Assembly: GCF_006345805.1 (NCBI RefSeq)
Contig: NC_042999.1
Location: 62,496,001-62,560,000 of the forward strand
Source: Octopus sinensis
Taxonomy: Eukaryota
DNA: 64,000 nt
Direction of reading: 5' to 3'
Every line of letters starts with the position of its first letter. Within the stretch, counting starts at the first letter, position 1. Shown piece after piece: positions 14,241 through 26,944 of this stretch. The notes below the pieces were generated by a model. The model had not been told where the DNA came from and made no database searches. It was given only the letters and a program-made list of their open reading frames with translations. A program made the translations under genes and the position numbers.

Positions 14241-16481
14241 TTACTTTCAAATCTAGTAAAAAGAAAATTGTAATTTCATAAATTCTGCTCAGTCTATTCT
14301 TAGGACTTAAACTTTCTCCCTGTTGCTAATTATTAATTACAAAAGTTTTAATAACCAAAATTTAGACCCCAAATCTTCTTCTAAACCTCATTGTTTTGAT
14401 TGATTCTAATAACCTAAATCAACTCATCCTTTTATCTCCATGGAATTTTGAATTAGTACTACTTCAGTTGATAATTAAAGCTGTAAATGATATTTGTGTT
14501 CATTGGCCATTTTTCTTGTCATTCCTACATATTCATTTGGTAATATGTATGGTGTTAATACTTTGAGACTAATTTTTTTAACACAACCTTGGCTTTGATT
14601 TTGAAAAATAAAATTTAAAATATAGTCTTTTAAAATTATTATGATATTATTTTATTTTCAATATTCTTATTTTTAAAGATCCATTATTATTAAATGTTTC
14701 ATATAATTTCTGCCTTTTAATATAAAGAAATCATTTAAGACTTCAAATGAAAATATTCATATTCTATTACCATCTACATAGAGATCTCAAAGTGTTAATA
14801 TTGGCAAAGCTCTGGCACAATACTATGGGAAAATGGTAATGAAAGGCAGTAGTGGCTGAGATACTTAGCTCTATTTACAGCTTCCTGTAACTTGTATTTG
14901 CCATTTTTATAAAATGCTGCCTACAGCCATGGACCATCTTTGTTAAAATGTTTTTTAAAAAGTCAGCTGATCAGTTGTTCATCATTTTTTTTACATTTGT
15001 TGATCCACTGCTATCTTTCTTTCTGCTGCAATTTTTGTCCTTTCCTCATGGTCATCTTCCTTTTTCTTAGAAAACCCAACTTGATATTGAAGAATGTTTC
15101 ACAGAAAAAATTAATTTTACTTTACTAATAATATTTCTCACCCCTCTAAGAAACAAGCAAGTCAAATAGCCATATCTATAAAGGACGCAATTGGACATAC
15201 TTTTAGCAGCAGTTTTCTGTACTTTATGGTCAATCCTATTAAATATGGTAAACCCCAGAGTAGCCTACTACATCAGTTCAACCTAGATTTTCTAACTTGA
15301 ATTATTTCTGTTCAAACAATGTTTTTATGATATTGTAATTGAAAATATTTATGAAATTTACTTGATTTAGTTTTCGAAGCATAACTTGATAGCAACAGCA
15401 ATTCACAGTTAGGTATTGAATCCCCTGTAATCCACTTAAAATACATACACAAAACTAGTGAAGCAGTAAATAAATAATTTTGTAACCTTTCCATATTGCT
15501 AAAGGTTTCGAAAAGTATAATATATATATATGATATGGCTTTGCTTTAAAGTATTAGGTCCCCTTTTCAAAGACAAATTTTTATTTAAAGTAACATGAAC
15601 ACTAATATTTTAAAACTAGCAATTTCAGACAACATATTTAAATTCTTATATAGACACATAATATATGTTGACATAAATTGGTTGAAAATTACTTGCTGGA
15701 GCATTTTGTATCCATTAGCAGAAGTTAAATACACTAGTTTAACCAAATGAAGTATTTTCTTAAAATTTTCTTTAAGCAACCAAGACTTTTCTCTAGTCTT
15801 GCAACTTCTTTGGCCATGCTTAAGAAGTCTTTGATACCTAGGAAGTCCCTGCCCCTTTAGATTCTGCAACTAGCTCAGATATTTTTCGATGGTCAGTTAA
15901 GAGTGCTTTTTTTTTTTCTCATAATAGCTGAATTACCTTTAGTTTCTGTAAGCCATTTTTGATGTTTAAAAGTCACACCTCCAACAATACTTCATCTATT
16001 AGGATTTATTGAATCAGCTCCTCTTTCAAATTGATTTTGTGCCAAGTCAAAAAGAAATCCTTGAATTGACACAAATAGCAGCACCTTTACAGGAGTTAGC
16101 TTCATACTTTTATATTCTGAGTTCAAATCAAACTGGGGCTAATATTGCTTTTCATCTCTCCAAGCACAATATAAAAAACTAATCAATGATACAATGGAGT
16201 CAATTTAATAAATTACATTTCCATCCCCATAAGAATTAGCTTTTTTATCTTATCAATAGAAATCCTTATTGTTGTTATTAAAGAGGAGATGGATTGCAGA
16301 ATATGTAGATTCTGACATGAAATGACTTACAATAGTTTATTGCCCATTTTGAAAGAATGAAATTAGTTTTGTAGTAGACATTTCACATAAACCATACTCT
16401 AGTACAGGTTTATGGTACTTTCATAATGTAAATTTGTATAAAATATCATGTAGTAGTAGTAGTAGTAGCAGTATTAGTAGC

Positions 16482-16514
<33 letters not shown>

Positions 16515-17044
16515 TATCCGCCATCATTTAACATCTGCCTTCCATGTTGGCATGGTTTTTACAGCTGGATGCCCTTCCAAATGCCAACCACTTCTCATAG
16601 TTCAAAGTGTGAACTGGATGCTTTTTATGTGGCGCCTGCACCGGCAGGGTCACCAAGTAACTTGCAAGGCAAAGGACCTTTAAGAGAATAGGGGGCATTG
16701 GAGGAGGTGATCTTGTGTCAGATGATGAAAGGTTAGAGTGTGACAGAAACAGGTGTCTTGCTATAGAGGAGGTACATGGTTACCCAGCCATAGAGAGAGA
16801 GAGAGAGAGTGTGGTAACAAGAACGAGGATAGAAACAGGTGTGCTGATGTAAAGAAGATACTTATTAATCTAGCCAGAGAGGAGAGCAAAAAAAGAAGAG
16901 AGAGAGAGAGTGATCAAGAATGAGGGTAGAAATAGGTGAGATACATAGCTATCCAGCCAGAGGGAAGAACAAGGGAAAGAGAGAGAGTGGGAGACAGCAA
17001 AAGTGCAGGAGAGAGATGGTGAAGTGCCAGAGTGTAATAATAAT

Positions 17045-17980
17045 AATAATAATGATGATTTCAAATTTTGGCACAAGGCCGGCAATTTGGGGGAGGAGAT
17101 ACATCAATTACATCAGCCCTAGTGTTCAACTATTACTTATTTTATCGATCCCAAAAAGATGAAAGCAAAGTCAACCTTAGCGGAATTTGAACTCAGAACA
17201 TAAAGCTGGGAAAAATGCTGATTAGTATTTTGTCCAGTATGTTAATGATTCTGCCAGCTTACTGCCTGGTGGTAATAATAATAATAATCCTTCCTACTAT
17301 GGGCACAAGGCCTGAAATTTATGGGGAGTGGGTAATTCAATCACATCAACCCCAGTACTTGACTGGTGCTAAATTTATTACCCCTGAAACAATGAAAGCA
17401 AACTCAACCTCGGCGGAATTTGAACTCAGAACGTAACAGCAGACAAAATACCTATTTCTTTACTACCCACAAGGGGCTAAACACAGAGGGGACAAACAAG
17501 GACAGACAAACGGATTAAGTCAATTACATCGACCCCAGTGCATAACTGGTACTTAATTTATCGATCCTGAAAGGATGAAAGGCAAAGTCGACCTCGGCGG
17601 AATTTGAACTCAGAACGTAAGAGCAGATGAAATGCGACTACACATTTCGCCCTGCGTGCTAACGATTCTGCCAGCTCGTTGCCTTAAACAGGTGAAATAC
17701 TGCTAAGCATTTTGCCCAGCTTGCTAATGATTCTGCCAGCTCACCACATTAATAATAATGATAATAATCTTTTCTACTGTAGACACAAGGCCTGAAATTT
17801 GGGGGTAGAGGACTAATCAGTTACATTGATCCCAGTGTTTCACTGGTACTTAATTTATTAACCCCAAAAGGATGAAAGGCAAAGTTGACCTCAGCAGAAT
17901 TTGAACTCAGAGCGTAGCAACAGGTAAAATACTGCTGAGCATTTTGACCAGCATGCTAACGATTCTACCAGCTTGCCACC

Positions 17981-18022
<42 letters not shown>

Positions 18023-19200
18023 TAATATGAGAGGTATAAAAAATAGCAAAGTACCAGGCCCTGACTATTAAATTACAGAGGCTATGGAAAGTGTGGGTAA
18101 AATGTATCCCAGTAGTTAATGGTGCATTGGGAACTATCCATAAAGATCTGAACAGATGGATAGAGGAAATAGGCATAAAACCCAGTTTAGCGCAGCTGTA
18201 GTAAACAGTGTTATTAGGGACAGCTAGGACACTTAGGAGGATTCTTGGCATCTAAGGCAACTTGTTGTAGCCTGATGTTAGGATTCTTTCTTTTTCTAAC
18301 AGTCTAATCTGTTGAATGTATATGATAATAATAGTAATAATGATGGTTTCAAATTTTTGTACAAGGCCAGCAGTTTTAGGGGAAAAGGTAAGATGATGTC
18401 ATCACCTTGACTGATACTTATTTTATCGATTCCAAAAAGATGAAAAGCAAATTCAACCTCTGCAGAATCTGAACTCAGAACAAAAAGACAGACAAAATGC
18501 CGCTAAACTTTTTGTTCGGCATGCTAACAATTCTGCCAACTCACTGCCTTAATAATAATAATAATAATAATAATATTAATAATAATAATAATAATAAAAA
18601 GATGGGCTACAGCAAATATTCTGCTTAATACCATAGATTTGCTTGTCACTTGTTTGACCTTAACCAGTTGAGCATGTCCCTTAGTGGTTGATATGTGCAT
18701 CTCTGATCGCGAGCAGAAGTAGTGGGGGAGCATCATAGCTATGTGTTGAGCGGGATTCTTTGGAGTTTGAATAATTCACCTCTGGAAACACAGGTGGTTC
18801 GTTCAACATCGTTAAACAACCCTTATTCAGGGACCTTTTGAGTAGGATGGGTTACTCAAGCAGGAGAAAATTCTAACTGGGCCCCACCTGCAAGGTCATT
18901 GCTGTTTATCGTGATATGAGATCACCATGTCACGCACATATAGTTGTGATGCATGTGCCTGGTGTACCCTTATCAGACGGGTAGTCATGATGGGTATACT
19001 GGGCTTCATATATTTTACTCCAGTATCACTTTGATGGCATGAACTGCTCTCTCACTCAATAATAATAATAATAGTTATAATAATGATAATCCTTTCTACT
19101 AAGGGGCACAAAGCCTGAAATTTTGGAGGAGGGATTAAGTTGATTACATCAACCCCAGTGTTTCACTGGTACTTAATTTGTCAACCCTGAAAGGATGACA
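17045..19200 (-). mobile_element. Cluster of about 6 minus-strand SINE family A copies with (AAT)n spacers and nested inserts
   Basis: Reverse complement of the units in 2070-5442. Confidence 0.88.
18022..18325 (+). mobile_element. 3' fragment of an RLE-type non-LTR retrotransposon (Dong/R4-like) in a (TAA)n tract
   Basis: Translates KIAKYQAL..LQRLWKV..CIPVVNGALGTIHKDLNRWIEEIGI..TVLLGTARTLRRIL, the typical C-terminus of restriction-like-endonuclease LINEs; flanked by TAA repeats. Confidence 0.75.
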
Positions 19201-20173
19201 ATCTTATTAAAGGTCAATGTGTGTGAACAGAAGATAGATATATGTAAATGTACTTGTGCAACTTGTATCAAAATGAATTTTTTTAAAAGAATCCGGCAAG
19301 CAGAATGTCTTTATTCTGTATTTCTTGGATGAAGTTTTGCCAACATATTGGCAAAACTTCATCCTACTACAGTAGAGTTAATTAAGTCAAAAATAATAGT
19401 TTGGTAGCCTTTAATGCATTTATATAAAATAAATGATATTAAGTTGTTAAATTTAAATACGAGACGCATCTCCTTTACTGAAAAATTACATGGTTTTTGT
19501 TATTTTTTAATTAAAATTCTGGCAAGTTTATAAATAAAGTGTTGATTAAAATTTGTAATACCTTTTAACACTAATCTAAAGTAAGAATGAAAAAATACTA
19601 GCTACATTATAATAATTACCTGTACAATACAATTAATACCCATGTGAAATCAATAATGACAAATTGTGCTTCAAAAATACTTGTAATTGAGTCCATTAAA
19701 TCCAATATAATTGAATCACTAAAAATTAATTTGCTTTCATTAGCAAATAATTTTTTAAAAAAAGAGGTGGAAACAATAAGAAATATTTGTAACTGGCCCT
19801 TTTTATTTTTTATGTTTTATATTATATTTATTAGCAAAGGTATTTACTAATATTTTGCTTTCAGTCTATTTTCAATAGCATTTTTTTCACCAAGGTTTAT
19901 TTTCCACTCTAGCCCCTATTTTATTCTTTTCATTTTACATTTATCTTTCATGTGAAAATCAAATCTTTTCTTCTCATTCTATATGCAGTATTTGTTTTGA
20001 TATTTAATGTTCAGTGCTTAAAGTACTTCTGTATTTATCATCTGTTTAACTGGAAGTAGGACTGTCTATATAAGCAGAGCATACTGCTTTCTGTTGTTGC
20101 TGTGCTCTCCTGTTTCGGTGTTATGTACTTGTGCTATATTTTAGCTTTCTGAACCATATATATATATATATAT

Positions 20174-20515
20174 AAACAATTGCAGCATGGAAGGTGTTTA
20201 TAAGCCATTTAAGAAACACACAAAATCCGTTAGATTCACTTCAACATTTAAATTTAATTTGTCAAAATATTTTCATCGCTTTGAGACCGCAATCTGTTCA
20301 CTGACAAAATTTCGTGCTGCATCTCTTTTGTCAGTGAACAGATTACGGTCTCAAAGCGACGAAAATATTTTGACAAATTAAATTTAAATGTTGAAGTGAA
20401 TCTAATGGATTTTGTGTGTTACTTAAATGGCTTATAAACACCTTCCATGCTGCAATTGTTTTCGTTCCAGCACACGATCTCAGACCAAGTCACTCGCTAT
20501 GCAAGTACATCTCCA
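20174..20515. mobile_element. Fold-back element 2 (136-bp inverted arms plus right-side tail) inserted in (TA)n
   Basis: Arms 20174-20309 and 20326-20461, 16-nt loop, only a few mismatches; ~54 nt unique tail followed by TA repeat. Confidence 0.85.
20327..20377 (+). ncRNA. Minimal hammerhead ribozyme motif with G3-C8 variant core (second copy on - strand in the left arm)
   Basis: Stem I tttgtca/tgacaaa, core GTGAACA 20334-20340, stem II ATTRC/GCGAY, GAAA 20361-20364, palindromic stem III AATATT. Confidence 0.62.
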
Positions 20516-22799
20516 TATATATATATGTATATTCTTTCTACATTGTTAACGTTTGAGATGAATTCTTTGACAGTATTTATTATAAACTAAAAATGCTTCA
20601 TGTAGATAAAAGATAACTATCAATGTAATAACCAATAATTCTCTATTTTCTGGAGGTAACAACCAAAACATAATTGTTATTTTAGGGAAGTTATACAATT
20701 TAAACATTATTAGTCTTAAATAATTAAAAGTTGTTTATTCGTAGAGAACCACTTTGGCATATGTTTGGGTTAACTACTGTTATCACTGGATATTATTTCA
20801 GTTGTAACTATGAATTCATTTTTAAATAAGTTGACTCACCTCTCTTAAGTCTATTTTCTCATAGTATAGTAAGCAGCACTCTGTACCAGAAGCTGTTGCA
20901 TAGTTAGTCAGTTTGTTCATTGTAGGAGCTAAGATTCTCCTGACTATCTTTAAAGTAGAGGGTTACATTTTTTAGTCCTTATTGGTAGCATAGTATGTTA
21001 CACAGTAATGTCTATTATGGATCACACAGGCTTACCATAGCTTGAATATTTACCCAATGACGAAGTTTGACATGAACTGGATATATTAATGATTTGCTAT
21101 TTGTTACTTTTTAGTACATTAAATCTGCAAGTTAATCATAAAAGATTAAATTAACTATGCAAGCTGATATTGCTTTGTACAAAAATTTGAAATCCAAAGA
21201 CCTCCCAAATCAAAAAGTTTTGAAGTGAGATGTGCTACAAATAGAAAATTCTAGAAAATGTTAGTAAAGTTCTCAGGTGATGTGTAACTGTTGTGTCACA
21301 CAGTAGGCTGCCAGTGTTGGGAATGACTTCTTCCATTCTGGGTTGGGCTTATCCAGCCTAAGTTGACTCCAGTTTATAGTCAGGTGCTACCATAGTAACA
21401 CCTTCAGATTGATAATCATGGAACAACTGAACATTCATCATAATTAACTGAATTATTTTAACATCAAATCTGAATTTCACCTCCACATATTTGACTTGCA
21501 TCATTACTTGTACATGTATGGGTACAAAATTATTTAGAACTTTTATAAATTCACTGTAAGTGGAACCTCAGTTTATGAATGCCTCTCATCACAAATAGGG
21601 TAACAAATGGTATATCAAGTAACGAACATAAAAGCTGACAACAACGGTTGGTGACAAGCTAGGATTATCAGCAGGAGAGTGTCAGTTGCTATCTAGCTAT
21701 CACTTAGAGCACATCCATGACCGAATTCACCATGCATTCTCTTGAATGGTAAAAAGAGTTTCAATTTGCTAACATTTTGGGTGACGAATGGCCTTCAGAA
21801 ACAAATTAAATTCATAAACCAAAGTTGCACTGTATTAAAACTAGCGTCACATTATATGTATTGTGAAATATCAGCAGATGATGCATGTAGGCTGAGGTCC
21901 CAGCCATAGATGTTCCATATGATAATTTCAAAATCTTCAAACATCTAAAATCAGAAACAGCCCTGATTCCAAATATTTCAGATAAAAATTTATCAGTCTG
22001 CATCAATTTCAGACATTTGCCAATGCAGAGAAGACCAAGTCTATTCAGTAACGAGAGGTCTCTGTACAAAAAAGCATTTGCTGGGCAACTCATACCAACT
22101 TACCAGTAAATACAAAAACAGTTCATCTCGTTCTGTATTTCCTTAATGTTACTCATTGCTCACAATGTGCATTTAACATGAGTTTCTTTTTACCCTTTCA
22201 TGTTGATGTATGCTTGAGAGCAGTAGAATATTTTTGATTATTGCTGTTGATTGAATCATTTCTCACCTAATTCAAACTTGTTAAAAATTTAGTAACATAT
22301 TTCAAAATGTTGATATTCTAAACTAATAATTGTGATGATGATATAATAAATGAAATTATATTTTATTACCATAAAAACAATAAAAGCCATTAAATATTTA
22401 TCACACACATGAAAGCATTGTGTGTATGTGAGTACTTAAACTCAATGTATTTCAACTTTCATTTTTTTTTTCTATATGTAAAAAGTCAAAGCAAGAGTAA
22501 TTTAGATTCTACAACAGAGCAAAACATAAATTGTGATTATTCATTTTCTATCAATTTTTGGAGAGTTAACTATGAAAATATATTTGTCATTCAATTAACA
22601 CTATTGCTAAAAAAATCTAATTAATCATTGTAGCTGAAGTTAAAATATCATATGATTATTGTAGCTAAGTTAAGGGGTTAAGTGAGAAATAGAACATTGG
22701 ACTTTTATTGTTTTTCATCCCTCTAATTCTAATTCCAAACCTTACTAGAGTTAGTATTGCTTTTCACCATCCTGGAATGGGTAAAATAAATTAGATCCA

Positions 22800-23150
22800 T
22801 CCATCCATTTTCTCAACCCACTGTTCTTGGGATGGTTGTGTGGGTAAAGTTACCAGATACTTCTTCCATAGCATCCTATCAGAAGTAAGCCTAATTATTT
22901 TTCTGGATGGATTCCCAAGCATGACCAAATGAGACTATGGATATTATCCAACTATCCCATTCATGGTCTACCCCTATGTTTCTAGCTGGTTGGCTCAATT
23001 TGAAGAATCCACTTTGCAATTCTTTCTTGCAATATTCTATCACATGTCCATAATACCAGAACTGTGACCTCTCAATGTAGAGAAGTTTGACCTGGAGAGA
23101 TTACTTAGTCTCTCAGCAATGCACCCTGTTGAGTAATGTTACTCTATAAA
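22800..23150 (-). mobile_element. Decayed LINE 3' fragment (RTE-like)
   Basis: Minus strand reads IERSQFWYYGHV followed by an RGRP-like motif; heavily degenerate. Confidence 0.5.
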
Positions 23151-23177
23151 TAGATGTTAGTTCAAATTTGTGACCAT

Positions 23178-23565
23178 AGGTGCAGGAGTGGCTGTGTGGT
23201 AAGTAGCTTGCTTACCAACCACATGGTTCTGGGTTCAGTCCCACTGTGTGGCACCTTGAGCAAGTGTCTTCTACTATAGCCTTGGGCCAACCAAAGCCTT
23301 GTGAGTGGATTTTGTACATGGAAACTGAAAGAAGCCCGTCGTATATACGTATATGTATATATGTGTGTGTGTCTGTGTTTGTCCCCACAACATCGCTTGA
23401 CAACCGATGCTGGTGTGTTTACGTCCCCGTAACTTAGCGGTTCAGCAAAAGAGATCAATAGAATAAGCATTAGGCTTACAAAGACTAAGTCCTGGGAACG
23501 ATTTGCACTAAAGGCAGTGCTCCAGTATGGCTGCAGTCAAATGACTGAAACAAGTAAAAAGAGTA
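23178..23565 (+). mobile_element. tRNA-derived SINE family B with internal TA/TG microsatellite
   Basis: A box tggctgtgtgg, B box gggttcagtccc; homologous copies at 36760-37175, 40475-40940, 44845-45540, 62148-62558 and 62845-63200. Confidence 0.9.
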
Positions 23566-23977
23566 TATAATTACAGTCATCTCCAGAATTATTTTCTACA
23601 TCATAAATATCTGCTACTGTTGCTACTACTGTTACCATTTTTGATAATTAATTTATTGGTTTACATTTGTCATAAGCTATAAATTATATATGTCTGCTTT
23701 ATAATTTCCTTTTTTTAAGTTACAATATAAGAAACTTTGATTTTAAATTATTTTAGTTTATAAACAGTAAGAATATATTATTTTGCTGTGGTCATACAAG
23801 TACCATTTAAAATTATTAATTCATTAATCATATAATTTGAATATATCAAAGAAATTCATTAGCCATACAAAATCTGTACATGTGTGTGTATGTGTAATGT
23901 ATATATGAATGTGTGTATATGTACATGTGTGTGTATAAATGCATATATATGTATGCATGCAGGTGTGCGTGTATGTG

Positions 23978-24019
<42 letters not shown>

Positions 24020-25157
24020 GTATGTGTATATATGTCATACATATCATTATCATCATCATTTTACATCTGCTTTTTACCATGCTTGCATAGGTTAGATTCT
24101 TTATCAAAATTGGTGACATTCATACAGAGAACACCTGAAAAACAAGCCAATGATCTGAATAGGTTTTTCTGGGTTACCACTATCAGGCAGGTTGTGCTAA
24201 GCAAAAAGAGTAAAGAATTTCACGTACTGTCTAGCACTTATTATTCAGAGTCTCTGCTCCACCCTTCCTGAGCAGGGTCTTTGCTTTTCTAGTACATTCC
24301 ATTTTGGCATGTTTTCTACAGTTAGATGCCTTTCCTATCACTTTTACAGGTGTGTATATATGTGTGTGTGTGTATATATATATGTGTATGTATGTATATA
24401 TATATATGATTAAGTATGTGTGTTATGTAAGTATATATATATATATGTATGTATGTATATATATATATGAATAAGTATGTGTGTTATGTATGTATATATG
24501 TTTACATGTAGGTGTGTGCATACATAGATATAAATGAATCTGTATGTGGTGCATGTACTTTCTCACATGCACATGGGAAAATAATGAATGCTTCGTTTTG
24601 CTTGTAGCTTGTCTGATAAATAGGTTTTAATGCTTCAAATGGAAATATACATTCTACTTACAATTTTAAAGTCAAATTACAAAGTGTATGATTTTTTATA
24701 TTCATGTGCAAAGTTATACATAAACATTGTGTGACCAGTTTATATATTTATATATCTACATATACAAAAGTAGAGACCACACCTTAATATACAAACTTGA
24801 CCACTCCAAAAATTATACTAAGGAGTTAGTTGTCCCCCTTGCACCTGTTACCTCCCTTGGTCCACTCTCTAGACTCATTCTTATTTTTCAAGCATCAAAA
24901 ATAGTGAGACCCCTTTGTCACAAGAATTGATTACTTTACAATGTCCCTTGAAAAGCTAATTTAAATAGCAAAAACTGGTTGGATATCACTACATCCATAA
25001 AATACATACATATTTTTAAAAATTTCTTTATAAAAAGATATTAAACTATGTGAAACGAAGGCATTTGTCTTCCACTTTTTATATATGTTTTCCACATATT
25101 TTCAACTCATAATTTTGCCACGTGGTGTATACTGAATCTCCAGTACTTTTGCTCCTT

Positions 25158-25192
<35 letters not shown>

Positions 25193-25196
<4 letters not shown>

Positions 25197-25900
25197 GGCA
25201 CGTAACAAACACCATCCGATCGTGGCCGTTCGCCAGCCTCATCTGGCACCTGTGTCGGTGGCACATAAAAACACCATCCGAAGACCCGGCAAGACTAGTC
25301 AGGCCATAACCTGTGGCCTCTACCTGGGACGTAGTCAGTCCACCTGTGCATACCTTCCTTCTTGTGACACTTGTGAAGACCTGTTGAGGCAAGTGAAAAT
25401 CAAAACAAATCAAAATAGATGAACATCAATGGAATCTGTATCTTTGTGGTACCAGTGCCGGTGGCACGTGGCCCACAAGAAAACCATCCGAACGTGGCCG
25501 TAGCCAGTACCGCATCGACTGGCCTCCGTGCTGTGGGCACGTAACAAACACCATCCGATCGTGGCCGTTTGCCAGCCTCATCTGGCACCTGTGTCAGTGG
25601 CACATAAAAACATCATCCGAGCGTGGCCGTCTGCCAGCCTCGTCTGGCACCTGTGTCGGTGGCACATAAAAACACCATCCGAGCGTGGCCGTTTGCCAGC
25701 CTCGTCTGGCACCTGTGTCGGTGGCACATAAAATCACCCACTACACTCTCGGAGTGGTTGGCGTTAGGAAGGGCATCCAGCTGTAGAAACACTGCCAGAT
25801 CTGACTGGACTGGTGCAGCTTTCGGGCTCCCCAGACCCCAGTTGAACCGTCCAACCCATGCTAGCATGGAAAGCGGACGTTAAATGATGATGATGATGAT
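25193..25900 (+). mobile_element. RTE-associated 3' UTR element with ~60-bp internal tandem repeats and (GAT)n tail
   Basis: Repeats acaccatccgagcgtggccgtttgccagcctcgtctggcacctgtgtcggtggcacataaaa; terminal ggcgttaggaagggcatccagctgtagaaac...gttaaatgatgatg shared with 34895-35730. Confidence 0.85.
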
Positions 25901-26651
25901 ATATATATATATATACTGCTAAAATATCTAAATAGATTCACTGATTTATGTTTAAGTCCTGCAATATTTAAGTACAGTTTGTAAACAACTTAAGCAAAAT
26001 ATTAGAATGAGAAAATGTTTAGGAGACCAACAAGTTTATTGTGTGTGTGTGTAGTTGTAATAATGAAGTCAAACCAAATAGTAATATTTTGAAATCATTT
26101 AGTATGCATGTTTCAGGTTTGTGTTATATGTAATAGGAAATGTATCCATTGTGTAAACCTTCCTCAGTTAAAGTGTTTCAAAAATACAACTCAGTGCCAG
26201 TACTAACTAGTTGGTTTTGACTCCATTTATGTGGATACTCTTACAATGATTTGGAATAGTTTGCTGTTTTTGACTTGTTAAAAACTCTGGTTTTATACAC
26301 CGCCCTTTAGCATAACACAGAATTCACACACACAAACTTATTTTTAATATAAGCCATACAGTGCTACTGATATTCAAGTCTCATAACAGATATTAAATAG
26401 CTAGATTATATATATCACAGACATTATACATACAGAAGACATCTGTTTTGGTCAAGTTCATTATAGAAGTAAAGCATTCCAAGTTATATGTTTTGAAAAA
26501 TCCTGATACAATTATAAATTATGAGATATAGATGTTAAACACTTACGTAACTTATGAGATTTATTTAAATTAACTAACTGAAAACCTATTATGTTGAACA
26601 GCATTATTTCACTATTACCTAATTTTTCTACTTCCTAACATGCTAACATTT

Positions 26652-26944
26652 TGTTGTGTGGACACCCCCAGACAATGAAGTAGACTAGCCCAATACGTAG
26701 ATATAGAGGGAGAAGTCTAGAGAACAGGAGAAGAGCAGAGTAGAGTAGTAAAGGCATCCGAACGTGTGACATAACAGTGGCGACGAGGATTTCGTAGCTC
26801 ACACAGTCACTGTGTAATGTTGCAATATAACAGTGGCAACAAGGATTTCATAGCTCACACAGTCACTGTGTAGTATTGCGATATAACAGTGGCAACAAGG
26901 ATTTCATAGCTCACACAGCTACTGTGTAGTATTGCGATATAACA
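26652..26944 (+). mobile_element. Miniature LTR-type element: 125-bp LTR plus 3 x 56-bp PBS-containing tandem units
   Basis: TGT...ACA termini; 5-bp TSD CATTT at 26647-26651 and 26945-26949; TGGCGACGAGGAT one base after the LTR end. Confidence 0.75.

Noticed and set aside
14782-14835. 54-nt AG/GT-bounded candidate exon (RSQSVNIGKALAQYYGKM in phase 0)
   Set aside because: The downstream PDZ exon needs phase 1, in which this segment has a TAA stop; no RIM similarity.
21600-21820. Possible mariner HTH-region remnant
   Set aside because: Only an impressionistic similarity; no intact motif or TIR.
25500-25735. CRISPR-like 60-bp repeats
   Set aside because: Contiguous tandem units within a retroelement 3' UTR; no spacers.
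26777-26944. CRISPR-like appearance of regularly spaced repeats
   Set aside because: Units are near-identical over their full length with no unique spacers; eukaryotic context and no cas genes.
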